Source of the DNA: Eledone cirrhosa | Taxonomy: Eukaryota | Reading direction: 5' to 3' | Length of the DNA stretch: 64,000 nucleotides | Assembly (NCBI GenBank): GCA_964016885.1 | Contig: OZ024742.1 | Location: 377,208,001 to 377,272,000, forward strand | Part shown: positions 10,682-24,530 of the stretch, piece after piece | How positions within the stretch are numbered: position 1 is the first letter of the stretch | Layout of the letters: every line of letters begins with the position of its first letter | Position numbers and translations under genes: made by a program | Notes under the pieces: generated by a model | Told to the model about the DNA's origin: nothing | The model's input: the letters and a program-made list of their open reading frames with translations, nothing else | Databases searched by the model: none

Positions 10682-13600
10682 ATTGTTGGTAGTCAGTGAG
10701 TAAGAGGTTAGCTCCTGGTAACTAGGACCGTGTTGTTGGTAGTCAGAGAGTTAGAGGTTAGCTCCAGGTAACTAGGACCGTGTTGTTGGTAGACAGTGAG
10801 TAAGAGGTTATCACCTGGTAACTAGGACCGTGTTGTTGGTAGTCAGTGAGTTAGAGGTTAGCTCCTGGTAACTAGGACCGTGTTGTTGGTAGTCAGTGAG
10901 TAAGAGGTTAGCTCCTGGTAACTAGGACCGTGTTGTTGGTAGTTAGTGAGTAAGAGGTTATCACCTGGTAACTAGGACCGTGTTGTTGGTAGACAGTGAG
11001 TAAGAGGTTATCACCTGGTAACTAGGACCGTGTTGTTGTAGTCAGTGAGTAAGAGGTTAGCTCCAGGTAACTAGGACCGTGTTGTTGGTAGTTAGTGAGT
11101 AAGAGGTTATCACCTGGTAACTAGGACCGTGTTGTTGGTAGACAGTGAGTAAGAGGTTATCACCTGGTAACTAGGACCGTGTTGTTGGTAGTCAGTGAGT
11201 AAGAGGTAATCACCTGGTAACTAGGACCGTGTTGTTGGTAGACAGTGAGTAAGAGGTTAGCTCCTGGTAACTAGGACCGTGTTGTTGGTAGTCAGTGAGC
11301 AAGAGGTTATCACCTGGTAACTAGGACCGTGTTGTTGGTAGTCAGTGAGTTAGAGGTTAGCTCCAGGTAACTAGGACCGTGTTGTTGGTAGACAGTGAGT
11401 AAGAGGTTATCACCTGGTAACTAGGACCGTGTTTTTGGTAGTCAGTGAGTTAGAGGTTAGCTCCAGGTAACTAGGACCGTGTTGTTGGTAGACAGTGAGT
11501 AAGAGGTTATCACCTGGTAACTAGGACCGTGTTGTTGGTAGACAGTGAGTAAGAGGTTATCACCTGGTAACTAGGACCGTGATGTTGGTAGTCAGTGAGT
11601 AAGAGGTTATCACCTGGTAACTAGGACCGTGTTGTTGGTAGTCAGTGAGTTAGAGGTTAGCTCCAGGTAACTAGGACCGTGTTGTTGGTAGACAGTGAGT
11701 AAGAGGTTATCACCTGGTAACTAGGACCGTGTTTTTGGTAGTCAGTGAGTTAGAGGTTAGCTCCAGGTAACTAGGACCGTGTTGTTGGTAGACAGTGAGT
11801 AAGAGGTTATCACCTGGTAACTAGGACCGTGTTGTTGGTAGACAGTGAGTAAGAGGTTATCACCTGGTAACTAGGACCGTGATGTTGGTAGTCAGTGAGT
11901 AAGAGGTTATCACCTGGTAACTAGGACCGTGTTGTTGGTAGTCAGTGAGTAAGAGGTTATCACCTGGTAACTAGGACGGTGTTGTTGGTAGACAGTGAGT
12001 AAGAGGTTATCACCTGGTAACTAGGACCGTGATGTTGGTAGTCAGTGAGTAAGAGGTTATCACCTGGTAACTAGGACCGTGTTGTTGGTTGTCAGTGAGT
12101 AAGAGGTTATCACCTGGTAACTAGGACCGTGTTGTTGGTAGTCAGTGAGTAAGAGGTTATCACCTGGTAACTAGGACCGTGTTGTTGGTAGTCAGTGAGT
12201 AAGAGGTTATCACCTGGTAACTAGGACCGTGTTGTTGGTAGTCAGTGAGTAAGAGGTTATCACCTGGTAACTAGGACCGTGTTGTTGGTAGTCAGTGAGT
12301 AAGAGGTTATCACCTGGTAACTAGGACCGTGTTGTTGGTAGTCAGTGAGTAAGAGGTTATCACCTGGTAACTAGGACCGTGTTGTTGGTAGTCAGTGAGT
12401 TAGAGGTTAGCTCCTGGTAACTAGGACCGTGTTGTTGGTAGTCAGTGGTTAAGAGGTTAGCTCCAGGTAACTAGGACCGTGTTGTTGGTAGTCAGTGAGT
12501 AAGAGGTTATCACCTGGTAACTAGGACCGTGTTGTTGGTAGTCAGTGAGTAAGAGGTTATCACCTGGTAACTAGGACCGTGTTGTTGGTAGTCAGTGAGT
12601 AAGAGGTTATCACCTGGTAACTAGGACCGTTTTGTTGGTAGTCAGTGAGTAAGAGGTTATCACCTGGTAACTAGGACCGTGTTGTTGGTAGTCAGTGAGT
12701 AAGAGGTTAGCTCCAGGTAACTAGGACCGTGTTGTTGGTAGTCAGTGAGTAAGAGGTTATCACCTGGTAACTAGGACCGTGTTGTTGGTAGTCAGTGAGT
12801 AAGAGGTTATCACCTGGTAACTAGGACCGTGTTGTTGGTAGTCAGTGAGTAAGAGGTTAGCTCCAGGTAACTAGGACCGTGTTGTTGGTAGTCAGTGAGT
12901 AAGAGGTTATCACCTGGTAACTAGGACCGTGTTGTTGGTAGTCAGTGAGTTAGAGGTTATCACCTGGTAACTAGGACCGTGTTGTTGGTAGTCAGTGATT
13001 AAGAGGTTATCACCTGGTAACTAGGACCGTGTTGTTGGTAGTCAGTGAGTTAGAGGTTATCACCTGGTAACTAGGACCGTGTTGTTGGTAGTCAGTGAGT
13101 TAGAGGTTAGCTCCTGGTAACTAGGACCGTGTTGTTGGTAGTCAGTGAGTAAGAGGTTATCACCTGGTAACTAGGACCGTGTTGTTGGTAGTCAGTGAGT
13201 AAGAGGTTATCACCTGGTAACTAGGACCGTGTTGTTGGTAGACAGTGAGTAAGAGGTTATCACCAGGTAACTAGGACCGTGTTGTTGGTAGTCAGTGAGT
13301 AAGAGGTTATCACCAGGTAACTAGGACCGTGTTGTTGGTAGTCAGTGAGTAAGAGGTTATCACCTGGTAACTAGGACCGTGTTGTTGGTAGTCAGTGAGT
13401 AAGAGGTTATCACCTGGTAACTAGGACCGTGTTGTTGGTAGTCAGTGAGTAAGAGGTTATCACCTGGTAACTAGGACCGTGTTGTTGGTAGTCAGTGAGT
13501 AAGAGGTTAGTTCCTGGTAACTAGGACCGTGTTGTTGGTAGTCAGTGAGTTAGAGGTTAGCTCCTGGTAACTAGGACCGTGTTGTTGGTAGTCAGTGAGT

Positions 13601-16075
13601 AAGAGGTTATCACCAGGTAACTAGGACCGTGTTGTTGGTAGTCAGTGAGTAAGAGGTTATCACCTGGTAACTAGGACCGTGTTGTTGGTAGTCAGTGAGT
13701 AAGAGGTTAGCTCCAGGTAACTAGGACCGTGTTGTTGGTAGTCAGTGAGTAAGAGGTTATCACCTGGTAACTAGGACCGTGTTGTTGGTAGTCAGTGAGT
13801 AAGAGGTTATCACCTGGTAACTAGGACCGTGTTGTTGGTAGTCAGTGAGTAAGAGGTTATCACCTGGTAACTAGGACCGTGTTGTTGGTAGTCAGTGAGT
13901 AAGAGGTTATCACCTGGTAACTAGGACCGTGTTGTTGGTAGTCAGTGAGTAAGATGTTATCACCTGGTAACTAGGACCGTGTTGTTGGTAGTCAGTGAGT
14001 AAGAGGTTATCACCTGGTAACTAGGACCGTGTTGTTGGTAGTCAGTGAGTAAGAGGTTATCACCTGGTAACTAGGTCCGTGTTGTTGGTAGTCAGTGAGT
14101 TAGAGGTTAGCTCCTGGTAACTAGGACCGTGTTGTTGGTAGTCAGTGGTTAAGAGGTTAGCTCCAGGTAACTAGGACCGTGTTGTTGGTAGTCAGTGAGT
14201 AAGAGGTTATCACCTGGTAACTAGGACCGTGTTGTTGGTAGTCAGTGAGTAAGAGGTTATCACCTGGTAACTAGGACCGTGTTGTTGGTAGTCAGTGAGT
14301 AAGAGGTTATCACCTGGTAACTAGGACCGTTTTGTTGGTAGTCAGTGAGTAAGAGGTTATCACCTGGTAACTAGGACCGTGTTGTTGGTAGTCAGTGAGT
14401 AAGAGGTTAGCTCCAGGTAACTAGGACCGTGTTGTTGGTAGTCAGTGAGTAAGAGGTTATCACCTGGTAACTAGGACCGTGTTGTTGGTAGTCAGTGAGT
14501 AAGAGGTTATCACCTGGTAACTAGGACCGTGTTGTTGGTAGTCAGTGAGTAAGAGGTTAGCTCCAGGTAACTAGGACCGTGTTGTTGGTAGTCAGTGAGT
14601 AAGAGGTTATCACCTGGTAGCTAGGACCGTGTTGTTGGTAGTCAGTGAGTTAGAGGTTATCACCTGGTAACTAGGACCGTGTTGTTGGTTGTCAGTGAGT
14701 AAGAGGTTATCACCTGGTAACTAGGACCGTGTTGTTGGTAGTCAGTGAGTTAGAGGTTATCACCTGGTAACTAGGACCGTGTTGTTGGTAGTCAGTGAGT
14801 AAGAGGTTATCACCTGGTAACTAGGACCGTGTTGTTGGTAGTCAGTGAGTTAGAGGTTATCACCAGGTAACTAGGACCGTGTTGTTGGTAGTCAGTGAGT
14901 AAGAGGTTATCACCTGGTAACTAGGACCGTGTTGTTGGTAGACAGTGAGTAAGAGGTTATCACCAGGTAACTAGGACCGTGTTGTTGGTAGTCAGTGAGT
15001 AAGAGGTTATCACCAGGTAACTAGGACCGTGTTGTTGGTAGTCAGTGAGTAAGAGGTTATCACCTGGTAACTAGGACCGTGTTGTTGGTAGTCAGTGAGT
15101 AAGAGGTTATCACCTGGTAACTAGGACCGTGTTGTTGGTAGTCAGTGAGTAAGAGGTTATCACCTGGTAACTAGGACCGTGTTGTTGGTAGTCAGTGAGT
15201 AAGAGGTTAGTTCCTGGTAACTAGGACCGTGTTGTTGGTAGTCAGTGAGTTAGAGGTTAGCTCCTGGTAACTAGGACCGTGTTGTTGGTAGTCAGTGAGT
15301 AAGAGGTTATCACCAGGTAACTAGGACCGTGTTGTTGGTAGTCAGTGAGTAAGAGGTTATCACCTGGTAACTAGGACCGTGTTGTTGGTAGTCAGTGAGT
15401 AAGAGGTATCACCTGGTAACTAGGACTGTGTTGTTGGTAGTCAGTGAGTAAGAGGTTATCACCTGGTAACTAGGACCGTGTTGTTGGTAGTCAGTGAGTA
15501 AGAGGTTAGTTCCTGGTAACTAGGACCGTGTTGTTGGTAGTCAGTGAGTAAGAGGTTATCACCTGGTAACTAGGACCGTGTTGTTGGTAGTCAGTGAGTA
15601 AGTGGTTATCACCTGGTAACTAGGACCGTGTTGTTGGTAGTCAGTGAGTAAGAGGTTATCACCTGGTAACTAGGACCGTGTTGTTGGTAGTCAGTGAGTA
15701 AGAGGTTAGTTCCTGGTAACTAGGACCGTGTTGTTGGTAGTCAGTGAGTTAGAGGTTAGCTCCTGGTAACTAGGACCGTGTTGTTGGTAGTCAGTGAGTA
15801 AGAGGTTATCACCTGGTAACTAGGACCGTGTTGTTGGTAGTCAGTGAGTAAGAGGTTAGCTCCTGGTAACTAGGACCGTGTTGTTGGTAGTCAGTGAGTT
15901 AGAGGTTATCACCAGGTAACTAGGACCGTGTTGTTGGTAGTCAGTGAGTTAGAGGTTATCACCAGGTAACTAGGACCGTGTTGTTGGTAGTCAGTGAGTA
16001 AGAGGTTATCACCTGGTAACTAGGACCGTGTTGTTGGTTGTCAGTGAGTTAGAGGTTAGCTCCTGGTCACTAGCC
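10682..16075. repeat. 50-bp tandem satellite, ~108 units
   Basis: Consensus GTTGTTGGTAGTCAGTGAGTAAGAGGTTATCACCTGGTAACTAGGACCGT, no spacers, no ORF in the track. Degenerate tail to ~16110. Confidence 0.98.
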
Positions 16076-16230
16076 CCATGGTAACTAGCTCCTAGTAACT
16101 AGGAACGTCATGAATATCATGGAAGACATTTGGGTTTTACTACTGGCTCATACATAATCTTAGGAAAAGCAAGGATCTCACAGATACAAACATTCAATGA
16201 AATGATTTTGAAGGGTTAGCATTATATGGA

Positions 16231-17150
16231 GAGCGGTGGGTTGGCAGTAACGACAGAGGGTCGCAGGCCATGCTTTGCAGCAAAGAGTTACGGCGCTTTA
16301 TAGTTTGAGTTAAAATCCTGCCGAGGGGTCGATCAAATAAAATGCTAGTAATACACTGGGATAAAATTGCTGGCCTTGTGCCAAAAATAAAAACAATTAT
16401 ATGGAGAAGGTGTGGAGTCCTACACTTGCGGTATGATGACAAATTCTTAATTTCCAGCAGCCAAGAACAGCATAAGATACTTCATAGAAAGAAGTGTTTC
16501 TTCTTTAAAGTTTTCTTATTGGAATGATCCTCCGTTGGTTTCGACGATGAGTACCCCATTTGTTCGTTCAATGGAACGGTCTGCTCGAGAAATTAACGTG
16601 CAATTGGCTGAACATCCCACAAAGGTGTGTAACTTTAAATAATTCTCAGGGAGATTCAGCATGGCACAGTGTGGAAAAACAAACAAACTAGCCATTTGAA
16701 TTACAGGTATAGATAATCCCCATCTCCAACCGACGGGTTTCCAGAAAGTTTCCATCTATTCAATTTTACTTACATTATTGACAGTATCGGTAGAGGGTCG
16801 GACACCTTGCTTTGTAGCATAGAGTTACGGCCCGTTACAGTCTGAGTTCAAATCCCGCCGAGGTTAACTTTGTCTTTCATCCTTACGGGGTCGATAAAAT
16901 AAAGTACTATTACTGCACTGGTTTGGCAGTATCGGTAGAGGGCCGGACGCCATGCTTTGCAGCATAAAGTTACGGCCCTTTATGATCTGAGTTCAAATCC
17001 CGCCGAAGTTAACTTTGCCTTTCATCCTTCCGGGGTCGATAAAATAAAGTACCAGTAATGTACTGGGATAATTGCTGGCCTTGTGCCAAAAGTAGAAACA
17101 ACTATTAATGCACTGGGGTCGATTTAGTCGACTTACCCCTCCCCCAAAAG
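16231..17150 (+). mobile_element. Cluster of tRNA-derived SINE copies (16231-16400, 16775-16920, 16922-17150)
   Basis: A-box TGGCAGTATCGG, B-box GAGTTCAAATCC, core CTTTCATCCTT.CGGGGTCGATAAAAT (DeuSINE/Nin-like by recollection), tail GGCCTTGTGCCAAAAGTAGAAAC. Confidence 0.88.
16518..16770 (-). mobile_element. Second, older SINE-like family
   Basis: Reverse complement resembles 53430-53655 (GTAGA.GGAAACT...CCCGTCGG; CTGAATCTCCCTGAGAA; CACGTTAATTTC). Confidence 0.65.
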
Positions 17151-17336
17151 GGACGATGTTGAAAAATAAACCTCATTTGGTCATTCCATGAGAGTATCTT
17201 GATCAGCCTATGAACATTTCAGCCGAGCCTCGTACTACCAATTCTGTCTTCAACAACTTAGATCCCAGACCAAAGTTTGATCTGGCAGTCGTCAGATTAA
17301 AAGAGAATTAATGATTTTCTGATAAGCTCCACTGAC

Positions 17337-17585
17337 GAGGCCTATTCCTCACCCCTCAACGTGGCCCCATTCCTCACTCCTCAACGTGGCCCCATTCCTC
17401 ACTCCTCAACGTGGCCCCATTCCTCACTCCTCAACGTGGCCCCATTCCTCACCCCTCAACGTGGCCCCTTTCCTCACCCCTCAACGTGTCCCTATTCCTC
17501 ACCCCTCAACGTGGCCCCATTCCTCACTCCTCAACGTGGCCCCATTCCTCACCCCTCAACGTGGCCCCATTCCTCACCCCTCAAC
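17337..17585. repeat. 25-bp minisatellite (~10 units)
   Basis: GGCCCCATTCCTCAC(C/T)CCTCAACGT repeated in tandem. Confidence 0.95.
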
Positions 17586-17732
17586 TGTAGGACACTAATG
17601 TTATCTTCTAATTAGCAAATATTTGTTAAATCATTAATTGCATGATAAGCAACTTATATAAAGTTTTGGCATTAATTTAACCACATAGAATCGTCATGGT
17701 TGGATAGATTACAGATAATTGTTGTATTTAAG

Positions 17733-18317
17733 GTGTGTGTGTCTGTGTGTCTGTCTGTGTGTGTGTGTCTGTGTGTATGTGTGTGTGTATCTGTGTGTGT
17801 GTCTCTGCGTCTGTGTGTCTGTATGTGTCTGTGTGTCTGTGTGTGCGTCTGTGTGTGTGTTTATGTCTGTGTGTGTGTGTGTGTATGGGGGTGTGTGTGT
17901 ATGTATGTATGTATGTGTGTGTCTGTGTGTGTTTATGTCCGTGTGTCTGTATCTGTATGCGTTTGTGTCTGTCTGTGAGTGTGTGTCTGTGAGTGTGTGT
18001 CTGTATGTGTGTGTATGTGTGTGTATATCTGTGTGTGTGACTGTGTGTCTGTGTGAATGTATATCTGTGTGTGTGTGTGTCTGTGTCTGTGTATGTCTGT
18101 ATGTGAGTGTGTGTGTGTGTGTGTCTGTGTCTGTGAGTGTGTGTGTGTGTGTCTGTGTATGCGTGCATGTATATCTGTGTATGTGTGTGTATCTGTGTGT
18201 GTGTGTGTCTGTGTCTGTGTATGTCTGTATATCTGTGTCTGTGTATGTCTGTATGTGTGTCTGTGTATGTGTGTGAGTGTGTGTGTGTATACGTGTGTAT
18301 ATCTGTGTGTGTGTGTC
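17733..18317. repeat. Degenerate (GT)n/(GTCT)/(GTAT) microsatellite
   Basis: Directly visible. Confidence 0.95.
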
Positions 18318-18687
18318 ACACACATCTCCATCCCCATATATAACTATTCAATGACAGTTCTGTCTAAAATAATCTGGATATAAGTCAGGAATTTGTAGGT
18401 GTTCCCATCTTTGATGCTGACCTCATCTCTCTGTCGTCTATATAATTAGCAATGACAGCTTCATTAGCAACTTTCAGGTGATATCGACTGAAGGAGAAAT
18501 GGCCAACATGAAAGTAGAGATCCCTTTAATGTAACGACGGGATATGAACCAAAAAATTACTTTCTACTTGACTAACCTAAGTAAATGCAGACATATTTAT
18601 TTTGTATGGCTAAATAATTTCAAAGTCTGAACTTTCTATATACACATGATATGATTATATATTGTGAATAACAAACTGGTTAATATT

Positions 18688-19230
18688 GAGCGGTGGATTG
18701 GCAGTGTCGGTAGAGGGTCGGACACCAGGGCGGTGGATTGGCAGTGTCAGTAGAGGGTCGGACACAAGGGCGGTGGATTGGCAGTATCGGTAGAGGGTCG
18801 GACACCATGCTAGGGCGGTGGATTGGCAGTGTCGGTAGAGGGTCGGACACCATGCTAGGGCGGTGGATTGGCAGTGTCGGTAGAGGGTCGGACACCATGC
18901 TAGGGCGGTGGATTGGCAGTGTCGGTAGAGGGTCGGACACCATGCTAGGGTGGTGGATTGGCAGTGTCGGTAGAGGGTCGGACACCATGCTAGGGTGGTG
19001 GATTGGCAGTGTCGGTAGAGGGTAGGACACCATACTAGGGCGGTGGATTGGCAGTGTCGGTAGAGGGTAGGACACCATGCTTTGCAGCAAAGAGTTACGT
19101 TCCTTTACGGTCTGAGTTCAAATCCCGTCGAAGTTAATTTTGCCTTTCATCCTTACAGGGTCGATAAAATAAAGTACCAGTAATGTAGTGGGTAATTGCT
19201 GGCCTTGTGCCAAATGTAGAAACAATATTA
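18688..19230 (+). mobile_element. SINE preceded by a tandem array of its own 45-bp 5' head (~9 heads)
   Basis: Unit GGCGGTGGATTGGCAGTGTCGGTAGAGGGTCGGACACCATGCTAG with period 45 (first two units 40 bp). The last unit continues into a complete SINE. Confidence 0.92.
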
Positions 19231-19269
19231 TGAGCTACCATTATGTGGGCATCTCATCTGTATATTTCG

Positions 19270-19500
19270 GGGGCGGTAGTTTGGCCGTGTCGGTAGAAGG
19301 GCGGAGAAAATGCTTTGCTGTATATAGTTGCGGCTCTTTACGTTCTCAGTTCAAATTCCGTTGAACTTAGTTTTACCTTTCATCCTTACCGGGTCGATAA
19401 AATAAAGTACCAGTAATGTACTGGGGTCGATTTGGTTGCCTCGCCCCTCTCCCTCAAATTGTTACCCTTTTGTTTAAACCAGTAACCAATATTATGAGAT
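19270..19500 (+). mobile_element. Diverged tRNA-derived SINE
   Basis: A/B boxes and the CATCCTTACCGGGTCGATAAAAT core. Confidence 0.8.
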
Positions 19501-20689
19501 AAAATTATGTGGGCATCTAGTCTTTTTTGGGGGGAGGGGGTCAGTAGGGAGGGGATCAAAAGGGTTTGCTGCATATAGTTACGTCCCTTTACGTTCTGAG
19601 GGTATATACCCTATATACCCTCTATACCCTCTATATACCCTATATACCCTATATACACGTATATAAGTCGACCCCTATTTTATGAGCAACCATCTAAACC
19701 TTATTCACGTAGAATTTGAAGTTAGTGAAAATCATAAAAGTATTGACCCAGAATATGAACCGACCCCTTCTACCATCGATGTTTTGGTCACATATACCTC
19801 GATTTATATTCGAGTATATGCGGTGTATATTTCGGGAAAAATCGATCCATACACTTAATCAATACGGAAATTGCGCCCAAATACTAAGCAGTGGGATCGA
19901 ACCCCAGACCTCATAATTTAAAAGTAAACTGGCAGTGTCGGTAGAGGGTAGGACACCATACTAGGGCGGTGGATTGGCGGTGGATTGGCAGTGTCGGTAT
20001 TTGACGTGTAAATACAAAAGTGAATTTTTTGTGACCTAAACATAATCAGCCAAGAATTTACGCCGAAATATGAAATATACTCTGGTCTTATATTATTCAT
20101 CTGGTGTTATTTCTCAGCGAAACAGGGGTGGCAGCGCGGGGAACGTTAAAGAATGGAGTGGCTCTACCTATGACGAACTTTTGTCTAAAAATGTACCAAA
20201 CTATTAACTTTTAAAGTTCTCAACCTCGCTTACTTTTCTTTGTTTGACTCCACACTGCCATGTCTCAGTTGAAAGTTTCGGGGTTTTCACTTGCCAAATT
20301 TAGAATGAGAGACTCCATCTGTATACATATCATGCTGAACACTTTACTCGGGGATTTTCGCTTCTATCCTTTGTTCACGCAAAGACCATCGAACGCGCAC
20401 ACTGACGTGTGCAGGCTCACACAGATGCACATGTGCACATACACAGCGACACAGACACACGCACGCAAATTCACGGAAACAGGGTCACACACATATAAAG
20501 ACACACAAAAAACCCCTCCCCCACAAATATATGTAACTTGACAGCTCGACATCTAATTCATTCAAATAAATTCATATATGAATAGAAAAAATATATCTAT
20601 ACATATAGTTTAGGGTTAGGGTTAGTCGCGAAACGCGCGTCACATCTGAATAAATTTCATGAAAATTTGACACCTCGTCCATAATCATT

Positions 20690-20852
20690 GTGGATTGGCA
20701 GTATCGGTAGAGGGTCGGACGCCATGCTTTGCAGCATAGAGATATGCCCCTTTATGGTCTGAGTTCAAATCCCGAGGTTAATTTTGCCTTTCATCCTTAC
20801 GGGGTCGAAAAAATAAAGTACCACCAGAAATGCACTGGGATAACTGCTGGGA
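20690..20852 (+). mobile_element. tRNA-derived SINE, 3'-truncated
   Basis: Matches family consensus. Confidence 0.85.
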
Positions 20853-21600
20853 TAACAAGCCAGAACATATAAAATCAAGGGAGTGTAAACACAGAAAATA
20901 TCTTTAAAAATAATAATAAATAATTGAATTCCAAAAATTCACTGTATTTACTATATTTATTATTATTTTTTTTATTTTTAAAGATATTTTCTGTGTTTAC
21001 ACTCCCTTGATTTTATATGTTCTGGCTTGTTAATTTATTTACTTGCTATTGAACCACATTGGCATACAGACTATACTTATATCCCTGTATGTATTAATTA
21101 CATATAGGACACATACTTTTATTATTATTCTCCCCAATGGTAGAGACACCTTCGGTCGTTCGTGCAGCTGCTATTTTTTGTAGCATTAGATTGACCTGTC
21201 CGACGTGCTTTCGCCTTTGCATGCGTTCCTAACCATAACTGATTCATTCTGAGGCAGTTTGGTATGGCGCCAGTTTGTAATTTGAACACGGGAATTTTAT
21301 ATTCTCCGAGAGAGAAAAGCCTTCTGACGATGATCTCTTTCTCAATGGAAATCCACTTGGATTGTCTATTTATTTGGGATCTGAAACCACGGTAAAGGCA
21401 CATATAGTAAGTACGGTGAATTTTTTGGAATTTAATTATTTATTATTATTTTTTAAGATATTTTCTGTGTTTACACTCCCTTGATTTTATATGTTCTGGT
21501 TTGTTAATTTATTAACTTAATATTGAGCCACACTGGCATACGGACTATACTTGTATCCCTGTATGTATTAATTACATATAGGACACATACTTTTATTATA
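20853..21600 (+). mobile_element. Miniature non-coding element with PLE-type architecture
   Basis: Inverted arm 20853-20956, partial direct repeat 20955-21125, unique body 21126-21401, full repeat 21402-21600, then (TA)n. Confidence 0.7.
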
Positions 21601-22259
21601 TATATATATATATATATATGAATTTGTTTTACAAAGATTTTAATATGAAATCGTGTGTTGAAACAAATATTGTTATATTTGGGGAGGGTCATATTGTTAT
21701 AATATTGCCAGAAATATATAATAAAACACGCTCACTGTTTGGTTTGGGTTGGTCTTCGCTTCAGTATATTTTATATTTCTATAATTAATTCAGCTGGCAA
21801 TCAATGTTTATCATTGATTGAGCAACAGTTAAAATATAGATATGAATATAGTATCTCAAAGTTCTTCGACACACAGCTGTGATATCATCAGTGACACTAT
21901 TATGTTTCCTCCCGTTCTATGACAACATGACCCTCTCCAAATATAATGATATATATTTTAATAAATATTTACTCTACGGTTCTTATATATTTGATATATA
22001 TTTATCCTTATCGAGCCCTCTTTGGATTTTAGTCTTCAAATTTATTATTATTACTATTAATATTATTACTATTATTATTACTATATATATATTATTTTAT
22101 CGACCCCGTAAGGATGAAAGGCAAAGTTAATCCCGCCGAGGTTAACTTTGCCTTTCATCATTACGGGGTCGATAAAATAAAGTACCAGTAATGCACTGGG
22201 TAATTTCTGGCCTTGTGCCTAAAGTAGAAATAATTATTACTATATATATATATAAATAT

Positions 22260-22303
<44 letters not shown>

Positions 22304-23032
22304 AGATCAAAAGATGGTTAAAAGAGTTCCATGTATTTTATTATGCGCATTTCAAAAACAAATATCATCATGCAACAATATTTGTGTTTTCATCAGATAA
22401 AATAGGAAGACATGATATGAAGGTTAAAAAACACTTGTGAATAGTGCAGTTTTGAATCAACATATGAAAAGTAGTTTTAGATTGATGTGTGATATTTTGA
22501 AAAAAATTTGGTGAGGGGGGAGGGGTGGAAAGGATGAAAAAGAGGAGGAGATGAGAGTAAAAAGTGGAGGGGGAGGAGTATAATGAGGAAGGATGAGATA
22601 GGAGGAGAGATGGGCGATAGAGAGAGAGAGAGATAGCATTTATAACTGAGAAAAATATATTGTTTTACATAGAGAGGTTGAAAAACCGTTGGAAGATAAT
22701 GTATAAATTAAAAGAATTTGAAAATTAACGAAGAGAAAAATAATGTAAAGTTAAGGTTTGTATATTGAAGGGTTTAATAATATGTGCGATGAAAAGAAAA
22801 TGTTAATATGTATTAAGAACAATATTTAAGGGTTTAATAATATGTGCGATGGTAAAAACTCACCTCCTACATACACTATATATATATATATATATGAGGG
22901 TGTTAAAGTTTGCTTGAAGCATTGTGAAATGTGTAAAATACGTAGTTAAGAAAGCCACAACAATGCAGAGGGAAATCTCGAGGTAGGAAGTGAATGATAG
23001 ATAGGAGAAATATATATATATATATATATACA

Positions 23033-23844
<812 letters not shown>

Positions 23845-23962
23845 TGCATATATTTAATATAGAAATAGCTTCTACAAGACTAGAACTGTTTCATTCTAGT
23901 CCTGTAGAAGCCATTTCTATATTAAACCCGGGATAAACTTATATATATATATATATATATAT

Positions 23963-24464
23963 GTAGATAAATCTACCAAAATATACGGTAGTGTCCAATC
24001 CGTATGCAGAACTCAATGTAATCCAAATATCATGAAAAGAGAAGATGCTTTCTAAAATTTTCGATGAAAATCACAGGAAAACAGAGTCAAGATAAATGAA
24101 TAAAAACAATGAATAAAACAAAGACAAAGTTCCTTATATTAACAAATTCATCATTTTCCGATCGTTTCTAGGATGTATATGTGTGTTGGTATGTATATCA
24201 TATAGATCTATGTAAAAATATTACAAACTATCAGAGGAAATATACATACCTTCACATGTATATGCTGTCTTCAGAAATAAATTATTTCTGAAGACAGCAT
24301 ATACATGTGAAGGTATGTATATTTCCTCTGATAGTTTGTAATATTTTTACATAGATCTATATGATATACATACCAACACACATATACATCCTAGAAACGA
24401 TCGGAAAATGATGAATTTGTTAATATAAGGAACTTTGTCTTTGTTTTATTCATTGTTTTTATTC

Positions 24465-24470
<6 letters not shown>
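23963..24470. mobile_element. Palindromic pLTR pair of the PLE at 41037-45160, with large-stem-II HHR motif (24281-24412)
   Basis: Arms 24091-24280 and 24282-24470 are reverse complements. Arm matches 44971-45160. The extension 23963-24091 matches the reverse complement of 41037-41167. Confidence 0.85.

Positions 24471-24530
<60 letters not shown>

Noticed and set aside
10682-16075. CRISPR array
   Set aside because: Contiguous 50-bp units with no unique spacers, no cas genes and a eukaryotic context.
17361-19090. ORFs such as MAPFLTPQRG, VCVC/THTH and PSMVSDPLPT repeats
   Set aside because: Translations of minisatellite, microsatellite and SINE-head arrays.
20609-20624. Telomeric repeat TTAGGG
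   Set aside because: Only about 2.5 units, too short to indicate a telomere or healing event.
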